Below, piece by piece: positions 9,944-19,416 of a stretch of 64,000 bases of DNA. The translations under genes were made by a program, and so were the position numbers. Position 1 is the stretch's first letter. Each line of letters opens with the position of its first letter. Under the pieces are notes generated by a model, which was not told the origin of the DNA, searched no databases, and was given only the letters and a program-made list of their open reading frames with translations. Source of the stretch: a virus; the IMG/VR virus record IMGVR_UViG_3300032268_001078, positions 32,001 to 96,000 of that record. One strand, given 5' to 3'.

Positions 9944-10557
9944 AATGTATTATAAAAATTATTTTGTTTTTCTTGTTTTTGAATTGTTTTGTGGTGACCT
10001 AAAGCATAAACATCTTCAGATGGAAGTTTTGTTACGGTTTCATATCCCACTAAACGTTCATGTACTTTATTTACCCAATGAATTTCAGGTTTGTTTTTAC
10101 AAACTCTAAATTGATAATCAGGCCAATTTACTCTTTGGTGTTGATCTACTCTCCAACCCCATTGTGCTATATGTTTTTGTGTTAAACCAGTTACTGTATT
10201 GATACGTGGTACTAAGAAACATTCAATTTTTGGGTTAAGTCTTAAAACTTCACGAATCATATAAATTTGATCTTCATTTACTTCTTCATCAGCATCAATA
10301 AAAAAAATATATTTTTTCTTACAGTGTTTTTTTAAGTTATTTTTAAAAGTAGAAAAGTCACCATTTAATTCACTAAATACTCTTTCAATTTTTTCAAAAC
10401 TACTTATTAAATCTAACATTTCTTGAGAAGCATTGGGTGTATCAATTTGAATAATGATTTCATCACCATCAACTTTACATTTATTAAGCTGATCTATTAA
10501 ACGTTTTAATTCTGCTGTTTCATTGCAGGCGGTGATGGCAAAACTAATGTTTATCAT
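9940..10557 (-). CDS. GT2 family glycosyltransferase
   Basis: FAITACNE, FFIDADE, WPDYQ.R, VHE motifs. Confidence 0.75.
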   Translation of the reverse strand: MINISFAITACNETAELKRLIDQLNKCKVDGDEIIIQIDTPNASQEMLDLISSFEKIERVFSELNGDFSTFKNNLKKHCKKKYIFFIDADEEVNEDQIYMIREVLRLNPKIECFLVPRINTVTGLTQKHIAQWGWRVDQHQRVNWPDYQFRVCKNKPEIHWVNKVHERLVGYETVTKLPSEDVYALGHHKTIQKQEKQNNFYNTL

Positions 10558-10997
10558 ACAGCATTAATATAAGAAATTGCCTCAAGAAAACCAACTTTTC
10601 CAAAATTTCTTTTAGTTGTCGTGTCTGATTTATGTTTAGGTATTTCTTTATTTTGCTCAACATAAATTTTCTTTTCTTCTTCTGTTAGTACTCTATTTTT
10701 GATTGCTGACCAAGTCCAATTGTCTTTAGTTGCACCATCAATGAATACAATACCTTCTTCATTTTCAATAACAAGTGGATACCATACTCTACCTTCAGTG
10801 TCTATTGATTTTAGATCTTTATAAAGTTCAGGCATTGTTTCTTCAAACTTTTCTACATCATACTCACCGTCTTTGATAAAATCATTAGCGGTAAATCCAC
10901 AACTTGGGCAGTTGTATGCCCAAGCTGTTTCATTTATTGGAGTAGCGTAACACATTTCACTTTCACAGTGACTACATTTTACTAATTTATCTTCCAT
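10554..10997 (-). CDS. Hypothetical protein with N-terminal zinc ribbon
   Basis: CSHC...CPSC. Confidence 0.55.
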   Translation of the reverse strand: MEDKLVKCSHCESEMCYATPINETAWAYNCPSCGFTANDFIKDGEYDVEKFEETMPELYKDLKSIDTEGRVWYPLVIENEEGIVFIDGATKDNWTWSAIKNRVLTEEEKKIYVEQNKEIPKHKSDTTTKRNFGKVGFLEAISYINAV

Positions 10998-12286
10998 TAT
11001 ATTTTCTTTAATTTAGGTAATTGTGGTAATACTAGTTTAGGTTGTTCTTTAACATATTGTTTATAATACTCACCTAATTTTTCTGTCATTTTTTCAAAAC
11101 TAAAATTAGTTTTACTGTAAAATGATTGACGATTTGCTTTATCTATGTATTTTTTATAATTAATATGAATATCAACTAATAACTGTCCAGCTTGAACATA
11201 ATCAGCAGTGTACCAACTACTTTCAGCTAAAATAATATTAGGAACAACAGCTGATGGATGAATTTGAGTTAATCTACCTCCAATTAAATTTGTAAATTCA
11301 GGATTTAAAAAGTCTATTTGGCCTGACCATCCTGAACAAATAATTGGTTTTTTAGTCATACTAAATTCTAATAGTGGGCGGCCAAATCCTTCACCTTTAG
11401 TTAAATTAACCATCGCTTTAATTTTTGGATGATTATAAAGATAATTAATTTCTTTTTCTTCTAAATCACCATGAATTAAATAAATGTTAGGTAATGTACC
11501 TTTTACTGTTTTTCTAACTTCATTGATTTTATTTAAAATACTATTTTTATCTAAAATACTTCCACCAGCACTTGATGTTTTTAAAATTAAACAAGGAGCA
11601 TTTTTCTTATTTTTAAATGTTTCTAAAAATACTTTAATTGTCATTCCTACATTTTTACGATCTTCACCTAAAACTCCACCTAACCAATGACCAACAAATA
11701 AATACGCAAAATTCTCGGGGATTTCATCGAGATACGTTACTAAATCATTTTCAGGTATGTCTTTATCATCCATGTGAAAGTATGTGTTTAAATCAACACC
11801 TTCAAAAATAACTTCAATTGGTTTTTCAATTTTAATTATTCTAACAACATTACCTTGTTGATCACGTTGTTCTGCTTGAGTTTGTAAAAATACTTGTTTT
11901 GAATGTTCTGATGAAATTAAATTCAAATCCATTCGATTACAACCATCAATCCAAGATGGATCACAAATAGTTGTTTCAATACCCGCTGTTACACCAATGT
12001 TGTATTTTCCTATAGGTTGAAATTCATTTGGAATTGTAATTTGCATCCAAACATCAGGCTGTTGTGTTAATTGGTTACCTTGAATCAAATGTTTTTTCAT
12101 CCAATTCCATTCTTCATGATCATCTAAATAACCATAAGGTGTGTTTCCCCAACGTTGAGATAAAATCCACACATCCCACTCGTCTTTTTTTGCTTCTATT
12201 GTTGCTTTAACAAAATCTCTTGCTCTAGCACCATACCCACTATATGTTTCTACTGGGCAACTTATAACTACATATTGTTTACTCAT
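10997..12286 (-). CDS. GT4 family glycosyltransferase
   Basis: YSGYG, GEGFGRPLLE, SGWSGQ.DF. Confidence 0.78.
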   Translation of the reverse strand: MSKQYVVISCPVETYSGYGARARDFVKATIEAKKDEWDVWILSQRWGNTPYGYLDDHEEWNWMKKHLIQGNQLTQQPDVWMQITIPNEFQPIGKYNIGVTAGIETTICDPSWIDGCNRMDLNLISSEHSKQVFLQTQAEQRDQQGNVVRIIKIEKPIEVIFEGVDLNTYFHMDDKDIPENDLVTYLDEIPENFAYLFVGHWLGGVLGEDRKNVGMTIKVFLETFKNKKNAPCLILKTSSAGGSILDKNSILNKINEVRKTVKGTLPNIYLIHGDLEEKEINYLYNHPKIKAMVNLTKGEGFGRPLLEFSMTKKPIICSGWSGQIDFLNPEFTNLIGGRLTQIHPSAVVPNIILAESSWYTADYVQAGQLLVDIHINYKKYIDKANRQSFYSKTNFSFEKMTEKLGEYYKQYVKEQPKLVLPQLPKLKKI

Positions 12287-12289
12287 AAC

Positions 12290-13735
12290 TTAATATACTA
12301 ATTTGTGTCTTAATTTTTTAACTGGTAGTTCTTCTACTTTGGTAAATGTAAATGGTTTTTTAGGTGTCCATTTTTCTAATGTAGCTTCAATTCCTTCAAT
12401 AATATTTTTACTCATATTATCAGCAGTCATCATAGCTTCAGTTGATGTAACCCACTCACGAGCTAATTCACCTCTACGTTTTCTTTCATCTGCTCCCATT
12501 TCATAACATTCTACTAAACGTTTAGCTACATCTCTAAAATCACAACGATCATCAAAAATATATGGAGTTAATGGAGAACCTTGTATACTCATATTTGTAG
12601 GCCAAACAGGTAAAGCCCATTCACCACATTTTTTATATGTTCCAAAATGATTAGAACAAAAATCTGAGTCAAATTTAATCCAATTTCCATCTTCGTCTTC
12701 AAAACGCATTTGATCTTGCATACCACCAGTTGAATTAGCAATAATCATTTTACCACACATCATAGCTTCTGTTAAACTTAAACCCCATCCTTCATTAGAT
12801 GAAATTAAAGCAGTCACATCACACATATTATATAGTCTTCTCATATCATCTACTGATACTAATTTATCCCAGTAAATAATATTCATATAATCTTCACTGC
12901 ACAATAAATCTTCTACAGCTTTCATGTCTGTTCCATTATCATCCACAATTTGAGTATGCATTAAAAAAGCACAATTTTTAGCTTTTTCTTCACCAATTTG
13001 TTCACAAAACAATCTGTAAGCAGCCATTAAATCAGGCAATGATTTACGACGAATATTACGAGCATTATAATAAACAACATACTCATATTCTTTACCTCCA
13101 AAAACTTCACTTTTTAAACGTTTGAATTCAATGTAATCTGGATCTGTAGGTGTAATAGGTCTAAAATTATTTTCATTAATACCATGAGGTACATATTTAA
13201 TAACTTTGTTGTGAGCTTTGTCACCTAATACAATTTTGTTAATATTCTCTGTTTGTTTAGAAATAGCCAATAATCCATCACAAGAATCATAATAATCTTC
13301 ATTATACATTGGTGCTGGATAATCATCCCAAATGTTTAAATAAATCATTGGTATTTTACGACGAACTTCATTTTCAATATCAAACAACCAAATCCAATAA
13401 CGTGGATCTGTAAAAAACATTAAAGCGTCTGGTTTCTCGTATTTTAAAAGATCTCTAATTAATTGAGCATCTCCATATCCATTAATAGGTAATAATTCAA
13501 CTTTAGCATCATCAATGTCTAATAATTTATTAGTTTCTGGTGATAAATCAAATTTTTTACCTTGATCTGGATGTTGAATAGCTCCTCCAATATTTAACCA
13601 ATTAAATCGATGAGCTGATCCTATTACAAATTCACGAGCCATAGTAGCAATACCACTATGCATTCTCATATCATCTGATAATAGAATAATTTTTTTACGT
13701 TTGTTTTGTGGAATATAACCTTCTTTTGTATTCAT
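12290..13735 (-). CDS. GT4 family glycosyltransferase
   Basis: HSGIA, VPHGI, RNIRRK, SNEGWGLSLTEAM..G. Confidence 0.8.
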   Translation of the reverse strand: MNTKEGYIPQNKRKKIILLSDDMRMHSGIATMAREFVIGSAHRFNWLNIGGAIQHPDQGKKFDLSPETNKLLDIDDAKVELLPINGYGDAQLIRDLLKYEKPDALMFFTDPRYWIWLFDIENEVRRKIPMIYLNIWDDYPAPMYNEDYYDSCDGLLAISKQTENINKIVLGDKAHNKVIKYVPHGINENNFRPITPTDPDYIEFKRLKSEVFGGKEYEYVVYYNARNIRRKSLPDLMAAYRLFCEQIGEEKAKNCAFLMHTQIVDDNGTDMKAVEDLLCSEDYMNIIYWDKLVSVDDMRRLYNMCDVTALISSNEGWGLSLTEAMMCGKMIIANSTGGMQDQMRFEDEDGNWIKFDSDFCSNHFGTYKKCGEWALPVWPTNMSIQGSPLTPYIFDDRCDFRDVAKRLVECYEMGADERKRRGELAREWVTSTEAMMTADNMSKNIIEGIEATLEKWTPKKPFTFTKVEELPVKKLRHKLVY

Positions 13736-13744
13736 AAATCTAAT

Positions 13745-13945
13745 TTAAATTGATCCTGTTAATTCATGTTTATAATTATGCATTGTTTTTCTGAAATCTT
13801 CATTATTAATATAATAATGCATTGCACGATCTACCAACTTTGATAAACTAAATTTTGTTCTTACACACATAACTTTGAAATCTTCAAACATTTGTGGTTC
13901 GAGTTTTAAACTTGTTAAACTCTTGTCTTTACTTGCTGTTGTCAT
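13745..13945 (-). CDS. Small ribbon-helix-helix-like protein
   Basis: TSLKL strand followed by two helices (SLSKLVDRAM); fold inferred. Confidence 0.45.
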   Translation of the reverse strand: MTTASKDKSLTSLKLEPQMFEDFKVMCVRTKFSLSKLVDRAMHYYINNEDFRKTMHNYKHELTGSI

Positions 13946-13995
13946 AATTTTATTGTCGATAATAAATATGTATATATTATATAAAAATATACGTA

Positions 13996-14937
13996 TTATG
14001 AAAAAAATGTTGTTTTACTTTCACCTTTAGTACATAGTCCGTTATTATATGGACACCATGTGCAAGATTCTTTACTAATATTCATTGGGTATTCTTTATG
14101 AATATAAATTCCATCTTCAGTAAAACAAGTATTTAAAAAATCATTAAATTGATCTTCAGCTTGTTTCATTTTAATTTTTCCAGCAGCTGGTTTTACACTT
14201 TGTGTTCTAGGAATAACAAAGTCTGCATTTTCATAGAGTTTGCGTTTTACTACAATAAATTCAACTTCTATTTTTTCTAGAGGAATATTATATAATTCAC
14301 TAAAGTATTTTTTATATAATAAAATTTGTTGTAATTTAGTATCGTTTTTCTTTTCTTTATCACCCCAACCTCTAGTTGATGTTTTGAAATCATAAATATA
14401 ATAAGTGTCGTATGTTTTATCATAAACAACGACATCAATAAATCCTTTCATATAAAGATTTTGTTTTTGTGATAATTTAGCTATAATAGGAACTTCAATT
14501 CCTACTAATTCCCAATTTCTAACACCAAACCATTTTACTTTGTCTTTTTTAAAAGCTTTAATGATTTCTAATCCATCTTGGTGGAACTCTCTCATTTCAT
14601 CTGGTGATGAAAAGTGAATATCTTTATTTTGGTTTAAGGTTTTCTTATATTCTTCTGTAAATTGAATTTTAAAAAAAGCTTCCCAATCTTCTTCATCTGC
14701 TTTTTTATTAGAAACATTGTATACTTTGTCTAAGTATGTTTGTAAAGTAGTATGAATCGCTGTTCCAAAAACAGCATGAATAGAAGGAGAAAAAACATAA
14801 TTACCTAAGGCATAATTAAGATACCATTGGTGTTGACAACTTCTCCAAGTTGAGTACTGAGAATAAGATACTGTTTTGTCTGTAGCGTAATTTATCTCAT
14901 GTAATTTAATCTTGGTTGGATTTTTAAATTTTGCCAC
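13996..14937 (-). CDS. PD-(D/E)xK exonuclease (RecB/AddB C-terminal or Cas4-like)
   Basis: SYSQ..TW..C, GTAIH, GFID...YDFKTS, QxxxY, C.WCPY. Confidence 0.8.
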   Translation of the reverse strand: MAKFKNPTKIKLHEINYATDKTVSYSQYSTWRSCQHQWYLNYALGNYVFSPSIHAVFGTAIHTTLQTYLDKVYNVSNKKADEEDWEAFFKIQFTEEYKKTLNQNKDIHFSSPDEMREFHQDGLEIIKAFKKDKVKWFGVRNWELVGIEVPIIAKLSQKQNLYMKGFIDVVVYDKTYDTYYIYDFKTSTRGWGDKEKKNDTKLQQILLYKKYFSELYNIPLEKIEVEFIVVKRKLYENADFVIPRTQSVKPAAGKIKMKQAEDQFNDFLNTCFTEDGIYIHKEYPMNISKESCTWCPYNNGLCTKGESKTTFFS

Positions 14938-15268
14938 TTAGTTCTTTTTTAATTTTGTTTAAGTATAAAATAGCATCCATATGTTCTTCAATAGCGTGTT
15001 CTAACCATTGTTCAATAGTTAAATCAGTTCTATCCATATCATTGTTGTATTTTTGCTTACCAAAACTAGCTCTACTAATAAATTTATCTACTACACCATC
15101 TACAATTGAGTCTGTTTTACGAACTAAACGATGAGTGTCTTCACCACTCATAATACGCTCATATTCTTCATAACTTTTCCTAAAAGCTTTTTCTGTTCTT
15201 TCTTGAATATAACTATAATCAACTTGATCAGTTGGGTGTGGTTCGTATTTATTTTTTTCGTTTTCCAT
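14924..15268 (-). CDS. Hypothetical phage protein, possible all-alpha NTP pyrophosphatase-like
   Basis: GKQKY...WLEHAIEEHMDAILYL; start re-assigned to MENEK. Confidence 0.4.
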   Translation of the reverse strand: MENEKNKYEPHPTDQVDYSYIQERTEKAFRKSYEEYERIMSGEDTHRLVRKTDSIVDGVVDKFISRASFGKQKYNNDMDRTDLTIEQWLEHAIEEHMDAILYLNKIKKELSGKI

Positions 15269-15683
15269 TTTTCTTTTTCTTTTCAAAACCTTTTATCTCA
15301 TTTAATATAATAACCTTATCGTCTAAAGCCAAAAGATCTAGTAAGTCTTTTGCTTCACGAGTTCCACATTCAAAATAAGTGGCTATTGATTGTAATTCTT
15401 CTTCATCCCATTTTACGTTCGATTTTACCCATTTATTCCACATTGGTTTTTTAGGAATAACATCTTTGTAAAAATCATAAAGTTTATTTGGAGGCATTGG
15501 GTACAACATAGCCATTTCAACTACCTGAATGTATTCTTTATTGAAACTCAATGCCTTATTAATAATAAAACTATTAAAACCAGACTGTTCTTCTTCAGTA
15601 AAAGATGACCAATCACGTTTTTCAACCGTGATCTGTTTTAACCAATCGAATGGTGTGAGTGTCTTTTTTATTTGTTTTTCCAT
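15249..15683 (-). CDS. Probable clamp loader small subunit (T4 gp62-like)
   Basis: PFDWLKQI...FNSFIINKALS pattern; near the RFC gene; start re-assigned to MEKQ. Confidence 0.6.
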   Translation of the reverse strand: MEKQIKKTLTPFDWLKQITVEKRDWSSFTEEEQSGFNSFIINKALSFNKEYIQVVEMAMLYPMPPNKLYDFYKDVIPKKPMWNKWVKSNVKWDEEELQSIATYFECGTREAKDLLDLLALDDKVIILNEIKGFEKKKKNGKRKK

Positions 15684-16327
15684 ATATAACCTCCTGCTGT
15701 TTTTGTTTTTCCTTCTAAACATGCTCTAATGTCTCCTTTACTAATGGATCTTTTAGCATTAGATATACTATCCCATTCCTTAATAAAATTTCCTTCTAAA
15801 TCATACTGAATTATGGGTTTTGGTGTTTTACCAGCATTTTTTGCTCTTGGTCTGCCTTTAATGCTTTTTCTTGTTGTATAATTAATTCCTGTAGGTTTAC
15901 CTTTTCTAGATTTAGCTATTTTATTTCCCCAAGTGACTTTTCTTCCTTTTAAGACTTCACTTTGTTTTTGCTTTGACTCTTCATTCCATCCACTATTAGG
16001 TTTTCTAGTATTGATTGATTTATCCCACCATGTGTTTTTTCTACCTTTATGGACATCTTTTGGACATCCATAACTAACATTATGACAATTATAAAAATTA
16101 GTATTATTAGCGGCGTCATAATAATTTAACCAATATTCTTCTCTTTCTCTTAGATGGATTTCATTATTACAATACTCTAATATTTCCTTTTTAAAATTTT
16201 CTTTTCCGTATTTAACAATAGCCTGTTTTAAGAATTTTCCACTTCCTAAATAAGAATTTTTATTTTTAGTATCTTTTCCAATATACTTCTTCCCATTAAT
16301 GACATTAGTAGTCAAGTAAATAACCAT
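15668..16327 (-). mobile_element. Free-standing GIY-YIG homing endonuclease with NUMOD1-type C-terminus
   Basis: IYLTTN..NGKKYIGK, YLGSG, E..WL, FYN; C-term IIQYDLEGNFIKEW.S...A. Confidence 0.85.
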
Positions 16328-16368
16328 ACGCTAATAAATATTAGTGTAGTCACATAAATGATGAAGAT

Positions 16369-16593
16369 TTAATCCTTCTTTTTTAATTCAGCTGGGAGAA
16401 ATTCCTCGTTAACATTTCCGCATTTTTGACAAGAAAATACTGGAATTGGTACTAGTCCATCTTGAGCATTACCTGTTAAAAATTTACTTACTTTTCTTAA
16501 CATCATTCCTTCTTGGAATACTTCATGTCCACACTCATCACAAGTCATGGCAACTGTTTTATCTAACGAAACGTTTAATTTTGGTGCTTGCAT
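16369..16593 (-). CDS. Small zinc-ribbon protein
   Basis: CDEC...CQKC. Confidence 0.6.
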   Translation of the reverse strand: MQAPKLNVSLDKTVAMTCDECGHEVFQEGMMLRKVSKFLTGNAQDGLVPIPVFSCQKCGNVNEEFLPAELKKKD

Positions 16594-16604
16594 ATATATA
16601 AATA

Positions 16605-17495
16605 TTAAATTAATTTAGCTATTGTACTCATAAATGTAATTTCTTTATCTGGTGAATTCATTGAGTTGTGAATTCCTTCAGCAATTGTAATAATAGATTT
16701 AGCATCAGTTGTATTATCATATAATGCTTTATAAATTTCAGTGAAATCTTTTACTCCATTATCTGCTACAATTTGTCTAATTTCAATAAACGCGTCTTTA
16801 GTTTGTAATTTATCAATAATGTCTTGAACATAATTTGACTTAGTAAAACTTTTACCTTGAATACTCAATTTTCCATTTTTAACACACGCTTGTAAGTTGT
16901 TAAGAGTTTTACGAATATCAGGATGAAATGTTTTTACAATTGATACTACTTCTTTTTTATCATATTCAACTGTTTCTTGGTCGAGTATACTCAAACAATG
17001 TTCATAAAGTTGTTTGGGAGTAAGCGAATTTAACGCATAACTTGCTAGTCTCGAATGGAGTGGTGAAATAATTCTATCTGCAAAATTACACGTAAATACA
17101 AAACGAGTTTGTAAACTAAATGTTTCAATAATATTACGTAAAGCAGCTTGAGCATTTAATGTCAAGAAATCAGCTTCATCTAAAATAACTACTTTAAGTT
17201 TTCTAAAGGTAGCAGCACTTGCAAATTGTTTTACTTTATCACGAATAGCATCAATTCCATTTTCATCACTACAATTCAAATACAAATAATCACAGTCAAT
17301 GTTAGATGTAATGATTTTAGCAGCAGTTGTTTTACCTGTACCTGGACCACCGTGAAGTAGTAAGTTAGGAAAGTCTTGATGTGAAATCCATTCTTCTAAG
17401 TCTTCTACCAATGCTTCATTTCCAATATATGTGTCTAAGTTTTTAGGTCTGTACTTCTCTACGTATAGAGTGTGTTTTTTATTTGTTTTTATCAT
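16605..17495 (-). CDS. Clamp loader large subunit (RFC/T4 gp44-like AAA+)
   Basis: VEKYRPK, GGPGTGKT, LDEAD, AQAALR, SR(L), DIR motifs. Confidence 0.92.
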   Translation of the reverse strand: MIKTNKKHTLYVEKYRPKNLDTYIGNEALVEDLEEWISHQDFPNLLLHGGPGTGKTTAAKIITSNIDCDYLYLNCSDENGIDAIRDKVKQFASAATFRKLKVVILDEADFLTLNAQAALRNIIETFSLQTRFVFTCNFADRIISPLHSRLASYALNSLTPKQLYEHCLSILDQETVEYDKKEVVSIVKTFHPDIRKTLNNLQACVKNGKLSIQGKSFTKSNYVQDIIDKLQTKDAFIEIRQIVADNGVKDFTEIYKALYDNTTDAKSIITIAEGIHNSMNSPDKEITFMSTIAKLI

Positions 17496-18058
17496 AACTT
17501 ATTACTTTTTCTTATATTATCACTACACCACATTGGTCTCAAATTGGTATAGTGATTTAGTTTATAAACTTCTTCTTCTGTTGTTGCAGAGCTAGCAGGT
17601 ATGATGTGGTCAATATGCCAAGTTGAATTGTCTTTTCCTATACCCCAATTATCCCAATTCATACCTTCTGTAAATTGTTTTTCTAAATGTTCTTTTAATA
17701 GTTCCCAATTTTCTAAACCAACTATTTTTAATGAATTTTTATTTTTTATAAAGTTTTGTTTATTTAAATAAGTATTAATTTGAGTTGATAAATGATGTTG
17801 AATTTGAAATATTTTATTGTTTTTTCTTTTTTCTTTCATCCAGTTATTCATATAATTTGGGTTAGTTTTGAACCATTCTTGGACTTGCTTTTTTTGTTTT
17901 TCAACAAACTCAGGATTATTTTCTTTATATTGTTTTGAATATAATAATCTTTTTTCTTTGTTTTTATGGTAACTTTTTAAATCAATAGCATTTTTACAAT
18001 CAGTACAATATATTCGATGGTTAGTTATTTCGTTTGTTTTACATTTTGAACATTTCAT
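17492..18058 (-). mobile_element. HNH homing endonuclease-like protein
   Basis: N-term CxxC/CxxC; WHIDHIIP...HYTNLRPMW..DN..K. Confidence 0.8.
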
Positions 18059-18111
18059 AGGTCGGTATTTTTTCTAATAAATATTAACCTAAGTTTATTT
18101 TCTTACTCATA

Positions 18112-18870
18112 TTAGTCTATATCTAAATTTAAACTTAAATCGTTTGAAATATATCTCAAATCTTCTAATTTTGCTGATTTTACTCGTAATGCTTGTTGAA
18201 ATTTTCTTTTAATTCCACTCAACTGTTGTAAACGTTTCATTATTTTATCGTGGTTTTTACATAAGAAATCAATACAATCGTCTTTATGTTTTTTATTTTT
18301 CCTATAACTTTCATAAAATGCATAACGTACTTTATATGAAATTGTTTTAGATGGATGTTGAACATAAATAATATGAGGATCATCGTGTGATCTAAAATTA
18401 AGTGGATATAAATTTTCTTGTTTTGAATCAAAGTTATTATCATATTGTGAATTGAAAATATCAATATGAATTTTCAACTTATAATCATATAATCTAATTA
18501 AATTCAGTTTAAGTATATCTTTAGTTGGTATTTTAGCCATATCATCAACTGAAATAATTTCATCATCCGCATATACATCACATACTACTTCTAATTCAAA
18601 TAATGACTTCATAATGTCAAATTCTTCTTCAGTTAATGGTTCTGTTAAAGCAAAGTCTAAATCAGCACTTCTAGTTTTAAAGTCTAATTTAACTAAATCC
18701 AATGCGTGTAATGAAACTGAACCTGCTAATACTAATTTAGGACAAACACTAGTCATTGTAATAAGTCTATTATATAGATCTTCGTTATCAATAAATTGAT
18801 GCGTAGTTGCATAAGCACTTTGTGCTTTTTTTGAATATGATCTTAAATCATAATTAAATTTTTCTTCCAT
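18112..18870 (-). CDS. Putative nucleotidyltransferase (AbiEii/MenT-like motif)
   Basis: LAGSVSL...RSADLDF and a later IDIF strand. Confidence 0.5.
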   Translation of the reverse strand: MEEKFNYDLRSYSKKAQSAYATTHQFIDNEDLYNRLITMTSVCPKLVLAGSVSLHALDLVKLDFKTRSADLDFALTEPLTEEEFDIMKSLFELEVVCDVYADDEIISVDDMAKIPTKDILKLNLIRLYDYKLKIHIDIFNSQYDNNFDSKQENLYPLNFRSHDDPHIIYVQHPSKTISYKVRYAFYESYRKNKKHKDDCIDFLCKNHDKIMKRLQQLSGIKRKFQQALRVKSAKLEDLRYISNDLSLNLDID

Positions 18871-18887
18871 AACCTTTTATTTTGAAT

Positions 18888-18920
18888 AATATAAGAAAAA
18901 AAGCTTGGAAAACCAAGCTT
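18888..18920 (-). promoter_or_regulatory. Sigma70-type promoter overlapping a terminator-like hairpin
   Basis: TTGGTT-N17-TATATT; hairpin AAGCTTGG-TTTT-CCAAGCTT followed by a T tract. Confidence 0.75.
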
Positions 18921-18933
18921 CTTTAAATTTTAG

Positions 18934-19008
18934 TGGGCCCTACAGGGATCGAACCTGTGTATCTCTTCGTTATGAGCGAAGTGCCTTTACCTACTTGGCG
19001 AAAGGCCC
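18934..19008 (-). tRNA. tRNA-CAT (Ile2 or Met)
   Basis: Acceptor GGGCCTT/AGGGCCC, anticodon arm CTTCG-CTCATAA-CGAAG, T arm GGTTCGATCC. Confidence 0.85.
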
Positions 19009-19013
19009 AGAAG

Positions 19014-19085
19014 TACTCCCAACGGGATTCGAACCCGTGACTTGTCCGTGAAAGGGACATGACTTAACCGCTTGTCGATAGGAGC
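19014..19085 (-). tRNA. tRNA-Glu(TTC)
   Basis: Acceptor GCTCCTA/TGGGAGT, anticodon arm TGTCC-CTTTCAC-GGACA, T arm CGGGTTCGAATCCCG. Confidence 0.9.
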
Positions 19086-19094
19086 GTGGTAGGT

Positions 19095-19166
19095 GCACCC
19101 TCCCGGGATTCGAACCCGTGACTTGTCCGTGAAAGGGACATGACTTAACCGCTTGTCGATAGGAGC
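19095..19166 (-). pseudogene. Chimeric second tRNA-Glu copy with a foreign acceptor 3' strand
   Basis: 63 bp identical to 19023-19085, then GGAGGGTGCA, which pairs poorly with GCTCCTA. Confidence 0.65.
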
Positions 19167-19171
19167 AATTG

Positions 19172-19242
19172 TTACCTCCCAAGGATTCGAACCTCAATTA
19201 ATTGGACCAAAACCAATTGTCCTGCCGTTAGACGAGGAGGTA
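19172..19242 (-). tRNA. tRNA-Gln(TTG)
   Basis: Acceptor TACCTCC/GGAGGTA (U1-A72), anticodon arm ATTGG-TTTTGGT-CCAAT. Confidence 0.88.
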
Positions 19243-19254
19243 ATTTATTTTTTG

Positions 19255-19400
19255 TAGTCAGGACAGGACTCGAACCTGTATGGTCTACATTTCTCCTAGC
19301 TGGCCCAATTACCGGGACTCGAACCCGAATGTGTGTGACCTCAATCCAGCTCTAGCGTCTACCACGTCAGGGGACACCCCTAACCTTCCGCCACCTGACT
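19255..19400 (-). ncRNA. Aberrant 146-nt tRNA-Leu-like element with insertions in the D-loop and anticodon arm
   Basis: Acceptor AGTCAGG/CCTGACT, GGCGGAA..TGGTAGACGC D arm, ACAGGTTCGAGTCCTGT T arm; extra hairpin and nested second T arm. Confidence 0.6.
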
Positions 19401-19416
19401 AATTTTAAACCAAAGT

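Noticed and set aside
13996-14937. Cas4-like nuclease as part of a CRISPR-Cas system
   Set aside because: No cas1/cas2 or array in the window; such PD-(D/E)xK exonucleases are routine in phage replication modules
18991-19197. 68-aa ORF with a duplicated peptide
   Set aside because: Artefact of translating the duplicated tRNA-Glu sequence
19255-19400. Group I intron in tRNA-Leu
   Set aside because: Insert is ~35 nt, far too short, with no P7-like core visible
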